A stretch of 64,000 nt of DNA, taken from positions 1 to 64,000 of the IMG/VR virus record IMGVR_UViG_3300025030_001282, one strand, 5' to 3'. The first letter of the stretch is position 1. Each line of letters starts with the position of its first letter. Both the position numbers and the translations under genes were made by a program. The notes beneath the pieces are model-generated. The model was not told where the DNA came from, did no database searches, and saw only the letters and a program-made list of their open reading frames with translations. This stretch comes from a virus. Below are positions 38,822 to 47,363 of this stretch, one piece after another.

Positions 38822-41800
38822 ATGCTGTACCTGCTGCTGCGCAAGAGCCAAATGGCCTTCGATTGGAACAAACCTGCCGAGAAGTCGGAACATACCGCCG
38901 AGCCCCACCACAAGGCATACGACCGAGTGACGGCCAGCGGCAAGCTGGTCCACGTCGAAGCCAAAGGCCCGCAGACCGAGGCACGCGAGAAGCTGGACCA
39001 CGGCATGAAGATCATGTACCGGACGCCGGAGATGCCTCGCCGCCGCAAGGGAACCATCACCGGCAGCGACGAATCCGGCTGGCATGTGACCGGGCAGCGT
39101 CAGGGCAACGTACTGAAGCCCTCCCAGCACGTCCTCCCCCGCGAGCAGATATGGACCATCCCGGAGCACGAGGCGGACCGGGCACCGAAGGGCACCCACG
39201 TAGCCGTCAGCGGGCACGGGCGCGTGCTGAAGCCAGAGATTGTCCGGGAACGGGCAGAGAAGGGATACGCCCGCCTGGGAATCACCGAAGACAAAGTGCT
39301 GACCCACCCCGAAGTGCTGCGCGTCATGAAAAACTCGCTGAACAAGCTCGCCAGGACCAATTCGATGATTATCGAGCCAGGGTTTAACGTGCAGAACGGC
39401 ATGATCGTGAACGATTCGCCGGAGTCGATGGACGCCTACGAAGCCTTCATGGACAGCCTGTTCAACAGCTTCCGCAGGCAGACCGCCCAGGCCCCCGACG
39501 AGATGGTGGACGAATTCCGCGACCACCTGATGGGGAAACGCGACAACAGCCGCATATTCTGGACCGGGATCCAGGACGGCGAGACGGCGGCGCTGCGCTA
39601 CGTGAAGAAGCGGAAACTGGAGCACCATACCCACGAGGAATTCAACACCTCTGCCGAAGGAGACTTCGAAGCCGGTATGCGGGAGATATCGAGCGAGACG
39701 GCGACCGCCCACCACGAGGATTCCGACCTGAAGCGCCGCATCGACCGTGACAACGCGATCGAGGGAGCCCTGGCCGAGATGCACCCGAAGGCTGCCGAGC
39801 TGCTGCGCCGCCATTTCGGCCTGGGCGATTACCAAGAGCCTCAGTCCACCGCAGCCATCGCCCGCGAGATGGGGACCACGAAGGAGAAGGTAGAAAAGGC
39901 GCTCACCCTGTCGCTGCAGGCCTTCGCCGCCACCAAGGGAAGCTCCGCCCTGCGGGAGTTTCTTAAATCGTTGCGGGAGGAACTGGATTTCAGAAAGGCC
40001 ATTGTCTACGAGGAGGAGCTGCAGAAGAGCCACATCAAGCAGTACGCCCGCATGGACGGCATCGTGGTGCAAGAGCACCAGGACAAGCGCATCGCCAAGC
40101 ACCCCGACCTGATCGCCCACGAGAACGCCCACGGCGACAAGGTACACACCGGAGCCGACCTGAAGCACGGCGCGGACCTCCAGGAGCACCTGAAGAGCCG
40201 AGGCTGGAAGCAGAAGGAAGTTTCCGCCGTGCGCAAGAAGGACGGAGCGAAGGTCGGCAAGAAGGAGGACATGCCGGAGCCGTCCGCGATCAAGGGGAAG
40301 AACCAGGAGAACTCCGCGCTGCAATCCGCACAGCGGACCATCCAGAAGATGCACGAAGCCGTGAAGAACGGCAGCGACCCGGTGGCCAGCCTGCAGGCGA
40401 TCAACACCAGCCGTGGCAACCCGTACCTCGCCGCCGTGGACGACGAGAAAAAGAAGCTCTTCGAGCACTTCGGCCATGAAACCGACGACAGCGAGAAGCA
40501 GCAGAAGTTCGACAAGGACGGGCACACGGTGATTTTGGCCGACGACGGCAAGAAGGTGGCCTTCGCCGGAGGCGATATCGAGGCGAAGGGGAATAAACCG
40601 GTGGGCTCCCTCACCGGCAAGAAGGAGGTCGAGAGCACCGATACCGGGAAGAAGCAGCCGAAGTTCATCACCGGGCGGCCCAACACGGCCTACACCGCGA
40701 AGATGAACGAGGTGAAGAGCAACTACGCCCTGGTCGAGGCGCACGACCTGACCGCCAGCCACACCATCCAGGGGCACGTGAACAAGGCATACCCCCAGGA
40801 GATCCAGCCCAGGGAGCGCGAGCGCGTTTCCAGCCAAATGCAGATGGCAAACATCATGAACGACCTGAAGCCCGAGCTGTTCGGCCACAGCGCCACCGCC
40901 TCCGATGGTGCGCCGATCGTGGGCAAGGACGGAGCGGTCGAATCCGGCAACGGGCGCACCATCGCACTTTCCGAGGCCTACAACAGGGGCCTCGCCGACA
41001 AATACAAGGAATGGCTCAAGGGGGAAGCCGAGCATTTCGGCCTGAAGCCCGAGGACGTGGAAGGGATGAAAAGCCCCATGCTGGTCCGGGTCCGGGACGA
41101 GGCGGACGGTAACAAGGACCGCGCCGAGTTCGCCCGCGAGGCAAACCAGAGCTCAAACCTGGGCAGCTCCCCCGCAGAGCAGGCCTGGACGGACGCCGAC
41201 CGCATCGACGACAGCCTGCTGAAGAAGTTCACCGCCGACGAGGACGGCGAAATCTACAACGACGACAACATGCCCTTCATCACCGCGTTCCTGGGGAAGC
41301 TGGGCAAGAACGAAGCGGCGAGCTTGCAGGACGCCGACGGCGAGCCGAACAAGAAATGCATCGAGCGGATACAGAACGCAGTGTTCGCCAAGGTGTACGG
41401 CAGCTCGGTCCTTACCGAGTTCCAGGCCGAGAGCGCCAAGCCGCGCATCAGGAACGTGCTGAAGGCGCTGAACGCCTGCGTCGGAGACTTCGCCCAGGTG
41501 AAAGGGCACGACGACCTGGACGTGATACCGGACATGATGGAGGCGATCGAGTACACCCTTTCCCACCAGAGCGTGAGCCGAGCGGAGATGGAGCACACGC
41601 TAAAGAACGCCGGAGCCCTAAACTTCACCGGGGACACGCCGACGTTCAAGACGGACTTTGCGGTCAACATGATCCTCGCCATCACCGACCGCACCGGATC
41701 CAGGAACCGGCTGCAGAACGTGTTCAAGGCCATCAGCAACGAGATAAAGACCGAGGTGGCCAGCAGGGAGAACCCGGAGGTGGACATGTTTTCTGGACCG

Positions 41801-44800
41801 GCGCAGCCGAAGACTAAAGAACAGGTGGTCAAGACCGCCCTGGAGAAGCAGGAGCGCCAGGAGATGCAGAAATCAGTAACGAGCGGGGCCTTTTTATTTA
41901 GAAAGGCACACGGAGGAGCACATGGCCGAGTTATCGGAAGAAGAAAAGTACAAGCGCAAGCAGGCGCTGCTGACGCGGGCGCTCGGGACGGCGGACAAAC
42001 TGGACGCGGAGGACGCGAAGAAGGAAGCCTCCGAAAAGGACAAAGCGAAGAAGCAGCGGGCAGAAAAGACGCAGGCCCGGCAGGAGGAGAAGGAGCAGGA
42101 AAAGGAGAAGGCCAAGAAGGACGCCGAGCCGGTTCTTGGCTGATCAAGGCCCACGTCGTAGCCTACAACCGCACCACCCACTCCGGGGCACTGGCCCAGG
42201 TACTGTCGCACGAAGACAGCCGGGTGAGCGGATACGGCGCAAAGCTGGCCAAGGTGAAGAACCCGAGCGACCTGCACAAGCTGCGCACGGAGCGCTTCGG
42301 ACACCTCCCCCATTGGGGCAGGCTCGACGACCAGACGCGCCAGCACGTGCTGAACGCCGAGGACCACATCCATGACAGGCTCAAGGCCGAGGACTTCCAC
42401 AAGAAGCTGAAGACCGCCATCTCCGAGCACCCTGCGATGGATACCATCGACCGGAGCGGCTGGGGCCAGACCCGGCTCTTCAAGGCGCTGCTGCAGAAGT
42501 CGATGGGGAAGACCATCTGCTTTGACTTTGACGGCGTGATCGCCGATTACAGCGACGGCTTTCAAGGCGTCGACGTTTTCGGCCAGCCGATCGAGGGAGC
42601 CTCCAAAACCCTGCACGAGCTGCACGACGCCGGAGTGAAGATCATCATATTCACCACCCGCCAGGACACCCCCGCGCTCCGGGCCTACCTTGAGCAGAAC
42701 AGCATCCCATTCGACGAGATCAACAGGAACAGCGACCAGCCGGACCACACCAACGAGGGCAAGCCCATCGCCGACGCCTATGTGGACGACCGAGCCGTCA
42801 GGTTCGTGAACTGGCCCCTGGCAGCCGCTATGCTGGACCACACGCTGCGCAAGAGCGTGATGCACCCGGCAATGATCCTGCGGAAAAGCCAGATGTCGCT
42901 CTTCGATTGGGTACCGCCCAAGCACGAGGAGGAGCGGACGGTACACGCGACCACCCGGCATCTTGCATCCGGCGCGGCGGTCGCAGTGAAGCAGCACGAG
43001 CGTAAGGTCCAGGTGGCGGAGAAGCCGAAGCCCGGAGGCACCAGCCTGAAGCACACGGACGAGAATTACCGCTACAAGGACGTGGGCCACGTCCCAGGGA
43101 GCCGGAAGGAGCTGGCAGCCGAGCAGGCCACCATGATCAAGCAGCGGGCAAAGACCGGCGCAGGCGTAGATTACCGGGAAGTGAATTGGGACGCCCTCGA
43201 GGAGAACCCGCGTGAGGCCTACGACCTGATCACGAAGGACTCGATCGCCAAGGAGGTGGATTGGGAGGCCATCAAAGCCAGCGGAGTGGAGCCCGGCGCA
43301 GGCTTCCTGATGTACAAGCTCTACGCTGCCGTGGCACCCAAGCCGGAAGACAGCCCCCAGGCGAGGAAGGACTTTGTGTTCGGCATCAACGCCCTGCAGG
43401 AGCGTTTCACCGATTGCAGGACCACCCCGGAGGTGATCGCCAAGATTCGGGAAATATCGGAGGAAATGACCGGCTTCACCATGAACCCGGAGCAGCAGAA
43501 GGAGTGGGAGCGCCTGGAGGCAGCATACCGCGAACCGGCGCAGACCGCCCGGAGGTTAAGCAAGGAGCACGACGCGGTATGGAACGCCTACTACAAGCCG
43601 AGCCAGCGGCTGCAGAACCTTAAATGGGACCAGGAGAAGCGGGTCCGGCGCGGCTGGAAAAAGGATCCCGAACTGGAAGCACAGATCGAGGCCCTGCAGA
43701 AAGACGTCGACGCACTGTATCAGGTGGATCAGGCGTGGAGAGCCGCCAACCAAGCGGCTACGGAGCAGGCCGACAAGGCATCCACTGCCGCCTGGAAGGA
43801 ACAGAGGGCCTTCAAGGAAAACGTGATCAACATCAACATCCTGACCCACCCGCTTACCAGAGGCTGGAACAGCTTCGGCAAGAAGTTCTTCAACGCCATC
43901 AACTACAGCAGCTACAAAGGCTCCGATGCCTTCGGCACGCACGTGGCCACCGCCAGGAGCGGCAAGGTTCAGAATTGGGACTGGCTGGAGAAAGACACCA
44001 AGCCCAGGGCGGCCAGCAAGACCTCTGTGCAGTTCCAGTTGAAGGTAGCGGAGAACGTGGAGCGCATCGGCGGTGCTCCCTTGCCCAAAGCCGACTACGG
44101 CACCGACGACATCAAGAGGGAATTTAACCTCGCCAACGTGCAAAGCGGCAACTGGGTACTGAAAGACCTGAACGCAGCGAAACACCACACTGAGCAGTGC
44201 GCTATGGCCTTCCAGGACATGGCGGATATCCTGGGCATCCCCAGCAGCGAGATCAGCATGAACGGACGCCTCTCGGTCGCCTTCGGTGCCAGGGGGAGCG
44301 GCGGAGTGTTCGGGCCGGGAGCTGCCGCCCACTACGAGAACAAGTACCGGGTGATCAACCTGACCAAGATGAAGGGCGGCGGAAGCCTCGCCCACGAGTG
44401 GCTGCACTTCCTGGACGACGTGGCAGGAGAGATCGAAACCGGAGAACGAAAAGGGCGCGAAACCTATGCAACCGATTCCGCGCCGACCACCCCGGTCCTG
44501 CAGGCGTTCAAGGATCTGGCCTTCGAGATGGAGAACGGCGGCCACAACGAGTCGATCAAAATCAAGGTCACCATCACCGAGGCGGAGAAGGAGCACTGGC
44601 TGCAAAGAGTGGAACGGGCACGTAAGAGCAACTTCTACGGGGCACCGACCATCCACATGATCGCCACAGCCAAAGACCTATCCGAGGCAGTGCAGGGCGC
44701 ATTCGACGCCATGACCGCAGGCAAGTTCGGAGCCGTGGGCGGCCACAAGGCCAAGAAGCAGTACGAGCTTTACCGGGAAATGGCCGTGGCAGTCCATGCG

Positions 44801-45217
44801 GGCACCGAGGGCACCTACGATGCTATCGGATTTAAGACCGGCAGCAAGTACTACGTCGAGTCCCAGAAGATCGACGCGGGCACGAAGGGAAGTGGCTACT
44901 GGCAGAGCCGAAAGGAAATGGCGGCCCGAGCCTTCGCCGCCTACGTCAGCGACAAGCTGCACGAGCGCAAGCGGGAGAACACCTACCTGACCAGCTACGC
45001 CGACAACAAGTACTATGTGCTGGAGGGGATCAAGCCCTACCCCGAAGGAGAAGAGCGGACCCGCATCAACGCCGCCTTTGACAAGCTGTTCGCCACGATC
45101 AAGACGAGCGGCACCCTGCAGAAGGCCATGCAGAATTATGGCCGCGACCAGGGACGGCAGGAAACCGCCCGCCGCGTAGCGTACCTCATCCGCAAAAGAG
45201 GAGCGCAGGCATGCTGA
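38822..45217 (+). CDS. 2131-aa polyvalent protein / putative virion polyprotein: sigma70-like, DdrB-like ParB, HAD phosphatase, zincin peptidase and LPD1 domains
   Basis: LLRRHFGL..EPQSTAAIAREMG (sigma region 4); QPRER, GAPIV, VESGNGRT (ParB); FDFDGVI, KP, YVDD (HAD); AHEWLH (zincin); EMAARAF, YPEGEER (LPD1). Confidence 0.85.
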   Translation: MLYLLLRKSQMAFDWNKPAEKSEHTAEPHHKAYDRVTASGKLVHVEAKGPQTEAREKLDHGMKIMYRTPEMPRRRKGTITGSDESGWHVTGQRQGNVLKPSQHVLPREQIWTIPEHEADRAPKGTHVAVSGHGRVLKPEIVRERAEKGYARLGITEDKVLTHPEVLRVMKNSLNKLARTNSMIIEPGFNVQNGMIVNDSPESMDAYEAFMDSLFNSFRRQTAQAPDEMVDEFRDHLMGKRDNSRIFWTGIQDGETAALRYVKKRKLEHHTHEEFNTSAEGDFEAGMREISSETATAHHEDSDLKRRIDRDNAIEGALAEMHPKAAELLRRHFGLGDYQEPQSTAAIAREMGTTKEKVEKALTLSLQAFAATKGSSALREFLKSLREELDFRKAIVYEEELQKSHIKQYARMDGIVVQEHQDKRIAKHPDLIAHENAHGDKVHTGADLKHGADLQEHLKSRGWKQKEVSAVRKKDGAKVGKKEDMPEPSAIKGKNQENSALQSAQRTIQKMHEAVKNGSDPVASLQAINTSRGNPYLAAVDDEKKKLFEHFGHETDDSEKQQKFDKDGHTVILADDGKKVAFAGGDIEAKGNKPVGSLTGKKEVESTDTGKKQPKFITGRPNTAYTAKMNEVKSNYALVEAHDLTASHTIQGHVNKAYPQEIQPRERERVSSQMQMANIMNDLKPELFGHSATASDGAPIVGKDGAVESGNGRTIALSEAYNRGLADKYKEWLKGEAEHFGLKPEDVEGMKSPMLVRVRDEADGNKDRAEFAREANQSSNLGSSPAEQAWTDADRIDDSLLKKFTADEDGEIYNDDNMPFITAFLGKLGKNEAASLQDADGEPNKKCIERIQNAVFAKVYGSSVLTEFQAESAKPRIRNVLKALNACVGDFAQVKGHDDLDVIPDMMEAIEYTLSHQSVSRAEMEHTLKNAGALNFTGDTPTFKTDFAVNMILAITDRTGSRNRLQNVFKAISNEIKTEVASRENPEVDMFSGPAQPKTKEQVVKTALEKQERQEMQKSVTSGAFLFRKAHGGAHGRVIGRRKVQAQAGAADAGARDGGQTGRGGREEGSLRKGQSEEAAGRKDAGPAGGEGAGKGEGQEGRRAGSWLIKAHVVAYNRTTHSGALAQVLSHEDSRVSGYGAKLAKVKNPSDLHKLRTERFGHLPHWGRLDDQTRQHVLNAEDHIHDRLKAEDFHKKLKTAISEHPAMDTIDRSGWGQTRLFKALLQKSMGKTICFDFDGVIADYSDGFQGVDVFGQPIEGASKTLHELHDAGVKIIIFTTRQDTPALRAYLEQNSIPFDEINRNSDQPDHTNEGKPIADAYVDDRAVRFVNWPLAAAMLDHTLRKSVMHPAMILRKSQMSLFDWVPPKHEEERTVHATTRHLASGAAVAVKQHERKVQVAEKPKPGGTSLKHTDENYRYKDVGHVPGSRKELAAEQATMIKQRAKTGAGVDYREVNWDALEENPREAYDLITKDSIAKEVDWEAIKASGVEPGAGFLMYKLYAAVAPKPEDSPQARKDFVFGINALQERFTDCRTTPEVIAKIREISEEMTGFTMNPEQQKEWERLEAAYREPAQTARRLSKEHDAVWNAYYKPSQRLQNLKWDQEKRVRRGWKKDPELEAQIEALQKDVDALYQVDQAWRAANQAATEQADKASTAAWKEQRAFKENVININILTHPLTRGWNSFGKKFFNAINYSSYKGSDAFGTHVATARSGKVQNWDWLEKDTKPRAASKTSVQFQLKVAENVERIGGAPLPKADYGTDDIKREFNLANVQSGNWVLKDLNAAKHHTEQCAMAFQDMADILGIPSSEISMNGRLSVAFGARGSGGVFGPGAAAHYENKYRVINLTKMKGGGSLAHEWLHFLDDVAGEIETGERKGRETYATDSAPTTPVLQAFKDLAFEMENGGHNESIKIKVTITEAEKEHWLQRVERARKSNFYGAPTIHMIATAKDLSEAVQGAFDAMTAGKFGAVGGHKAKKQYELYREMAVAVHAGTEGTYDAIGFKTGSKYYVESQKIDAGTKGSGYWQSRKEMAARAFAAYVSDKLHERKRENTYLTSYADNKYYVLEGIKPYPEGEERTRINAAFDKLFATIKTSGTLQKAMQNYGRDQGRQETARRVAYLIRKRGAQAC
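41922..42143 (+). CDS. Overprinted 73-aa Lys/Glu-rich helical protein nested in the +1 frame of the polyprotein
   Basis: GGAGGAG RBS just upstream of the ATG; G/C-ending codons in this frame. Confidence 0.6.
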   Translation: MAELSEEEKYKRKQALLTRALGTADKLDAEDAKKEASEKDKAKKQRAEKTQARQEEKEQEKEKAKKDAEPVLG

Positions 45218-46167
45218 TACTTTTAAAGAAAAAGCACGCATTGCGTGCAGAAACGATGCAAAAGGCGCGAAAGCTTGACGGACGCATAAACTTCAACGGC
45301 CTGGAGGTGTCGATCGAGACAGGGCGCTCCCGTTGCCGGGTCTGGTACGACCCGCACAACAAGAGCGAGGGCATGTCCCGGATGGCGCTCCCCTACGGTT
45401 ACATCAAGGGGACGCTGGGCACCGACGGGGACCACGTGGACGTGTTCGTCGGCCCGGACCACAGCGCCCCCGAGGTCTACGTGATCCACACCACGAAGGC
45501 CCCCGACTTCACTGAGTACGACGAGGACAAATGCGTCCTGGGAGTAGGAAGCCCCGAGGCGGCCCAGCGGGCATTCTCCGCGAGCTACAGCGACCCGCAG
45601 TTTTACGGCGGCATGAGCATCTGGCCTTTCGAGGAATTCAAGGCGCACGTGCTATCGAGCGAGGCCAAGGGGCAGCCCCTGCGGAAGTCCGGAGAGGAGT
45701 ACTGCAAGAAGCTCGGGGACCAGCTGGGCATCGATTGGAAGCAGGTAGACCTGGATGCATTCTGCGACGGCATGTTCGAGGAGGACGGCAAGCACGGAAG
45801 CATCGCGGGAGCCGCTAGGGTAGTGATCGCCAACCTGAAGAAAGACCCGCACTGCTACTCCGGGGAGAGCAAGAGCGGCAGGCTGCAGAAGGCGCTCTTC
45901 ACCGTCGCGGAAATCCGGGAACGTGCCCAGAAGGCATATCGGGAGGCCTGCACCGCTGCAGGCGGCAACTGGAACGATCTGAACCCGGAGGAGTTCTACC
46001 AGGGGATGAAGGAGGAGATGGAGCACCGGGACGTGACAGGAGGTGATCTGGTCCTGACCGCCAAGATCGTCCTCGCCCACCTGCGGGAAGACGCGAGCTA
46101 TTACAGCAAGCTTGAAAGACTGCAGAAGGCTAGGAAGACCCGACTTCTTGCCGGTGCCTACTGGTAA
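45211..46167 (+). CDS. Phage inorganic-pyrophosphatase-like (InPase) domain plus two DUF5661-like repeats
   Basis: PYGYIKGT.GTDGDHVDVFVGP, YDEDK; GMKEEMEH...KIVLAHLRED..YY. Confidence 0.8.
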   Translation: MLILLKKKHALRAETMQKARKLDGRINFNGLEVSIETGRSRCRVWYDPHNKSEGMSRMALPYGYIKGTLGTDGDHVDVFVGPDHSAPEVYVIHTTKAPDFTEYDEDKCVLGVGSPEAAQRAFSASYSDPQFYGGMSIWPFEEFKAHVLSSEAKGQPLRKSGEEYCKKLGDQLGIDWKQVDLDAFCDGMFEEDGKHGSIAGAARVVIANLKKDPHCYSGESKSGRLQKALFTVAEIRERAQKAYREACTAAGGNWNDLNPEEFYQGMKEEMEHRDVTGGDLVLTAKIVLAHLREDASYYSKLERLQKARKTRLLAGAYW

Positions 46168-46170
46168 CGG

Positions 46171-46485
46171 GTGGGCCACGACAGGGATAGCATAACCCAG
46201 CACGCCTGGGACCGTTTTCTGGAAAGGTGGGAAGGCAGACGCCCAGCCTGCTGGCGCAAAGAACTGTACCGCCTGATCGAGACATCGGTTTTCGAAGACC
46301 TGGGGCATGGGCAAGTTGTCCGGCTGATTAACCACGGATATCAGCCAGCGGTTTACCTCACCACAGAAGGCTGGCGCTTTGTGGTGGACAAGACCTCCGG
46401 GATACTGCTGACATGCGAACGAGCGTATAAAAGGGCGAAGGCCCGAGCGCCCAAGGGGATCAGCCGGAAGAGGTGCGGGCGATAA
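46171..46485 (+). CDS. Hypothetical protein (ITQHAWDRFLER, toxin/RNase-like start)
   Basis: Follows InPase and precedes a terminator. Confidence 0.5.
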   Translation: MGHDRDSITQHAWDRFLERWEGRRPACWRKELYRLIETSVFEDLGHGQVVRLINHGYQPAVYLTTEGWRFVVDKTSGILLTCERAYKRAKARAPKGISRKRCGR

Positions 46486-46525
46486 AGGGAAGGGGGGAGG
46501 CGCTGTCTCCTCTCCCCTTCCCTTT
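46484..46525. terminator. Bidirectional intrinsic terminator
   Basis: AAAGGGAAGGGGGGAGG...CCTCTCCCCTTCCCTTT inverted repeat between convergent genes. Confidence 0.75.
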
Positions 46526-46977
46526 CAGATCCTGAAGAACCCCAACTGCCCCTTTAAGGGATAGAAGGGCAGCGGCTTGATATCGCGCAGCACAAAGCCA
46601 TACGGCCCCATGAACCAGGGTGAATCCGACCTGTTGACGCAATCCACGATCTCCGCCTCGCCGATGATACCGCCGCGCTCAATAGTGCCCGCCATGATCT
46701 CCCTGCACCCCTTTTCCCAAGCCTCCGGGCACCGCTGCCGCACCCAATCCCAGGAACCGCGCCACTCGTCCTTCGTCACGCCTTTAGCCGCATGGATCAG
46801 GACGCGGCCCCGCACCTTTGTCCGCCAGGAGCGGTTTTCAATATCTTTGCCAGCATTGACGATAAGCCACGCCCACGGCTGCCGGATGGAAAGGACCAGC
46901 CCGGTCGGAGCGGGACCAGAAGTGATAAGCCCAGCAGCCGACGGCGCGGCTGGGGGGAAGAGACAAAGATCACCCAC
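46525..46977 (-). CDS. ASCH-domain protein
   Basis: LSIRQPWAWLIV.GKDIENRSW...LIHAAK...KGQLGFF; GGAGGT RBS before GTG at 46977. Confidence 0.85.
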   Translation of the reverse strand: MGDLCLFPPAAPSAAGLITSGPAPTGLVLSIRQPWAWLIVNAGKDIENRSWRTKVRGRVLIHAAKGVTKDEWRGSWDWVRQRCPEAWEKGCREIMAGTIERGGIIGEAEIVDCVNRSDSPWFMGPYGFVLRDIKPLPFYPLKGQLGFFRI

Positions 46978-47093
46978 GAGACACCTCCTACACACCAAGA
47001 TACCTACGCGCAAAGAAAGGCCGCCACGGAAAATGATATCGGAAAAGACAAAAAGTTTGACCGAGTGAAATTATTGACATACGCTACAGCGAA

Positions 47094-47285
47094 ATGGCCA
47101 AGCCGCGCACAATATACCTGCTTCGCAAAAGCAGCCAGGGCGCAGAAGAGGCGATCCCGGTACTGACCCGAACGGACCTGCCGCTCAGGTTCCACTACAA
47201 GGGCCGGGAAATAAACATAGAGGCAACCCCCAAGGGAAACCTCGTAATCAAAGAGACACGCTTGACAGGGAACAACGGGGAGTAG
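47094..47285 (+). CDS. 63-aa protein with YLLRKS leader; weak HemP-like C-terminus
   Basis: HYKGREINIEATPKGNLVIK; follows a copy of the 15-bp motif. Confidence 0.5.
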   Translation: MAKPRTIYLLRKSSQGAEEAIPVLTRTDLPLRFHYKGREINIEATPKGNLVIKETRLTGNNGE

Positions 47286-47313
47286 CCGAAAGGCAAATGA
47301 CCCGTCCAGTTAT

Positions 47314-47347
47314 AGGCGACTACCGGTACTACCGGAGTCGCCTTTTT
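47314..47347 (+). terminator. Intrinsic terminator/attenuator upstream of the protease gene
   Basis: AGGCGACT-A-CCGG-TACTA-CCGG-AGTCGCCT-TTTT. Confidence 0.65.
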
Positions 47348-47363
47348 GCGTTTGGAGCCCGGA

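Noticed and set aside
38681-41035. Long minus-strand ORFs (also 27224..28858, 48292..50574, 30718..31947, 41894..43090)
   Set aside because: Antisense shadows of GC3-biased genes; no motifs or RBS
45961-45990. GGCGGCAACTGGAAC (GGNWN) as the DGR template repeat
   Set aside because: Similarity to 7571-7680 ends after about 15 nt, and the sequence is in frame within the InPase/DUF5661 gene
47275-47310. c-di-GMP (GEMM) riboswitch suggested by GCCGAAAGGCAAA
   Set aside because: The order of GEMM elements and the P2 tetraloop receptor are not recognisable; kept only as a generic structured leader
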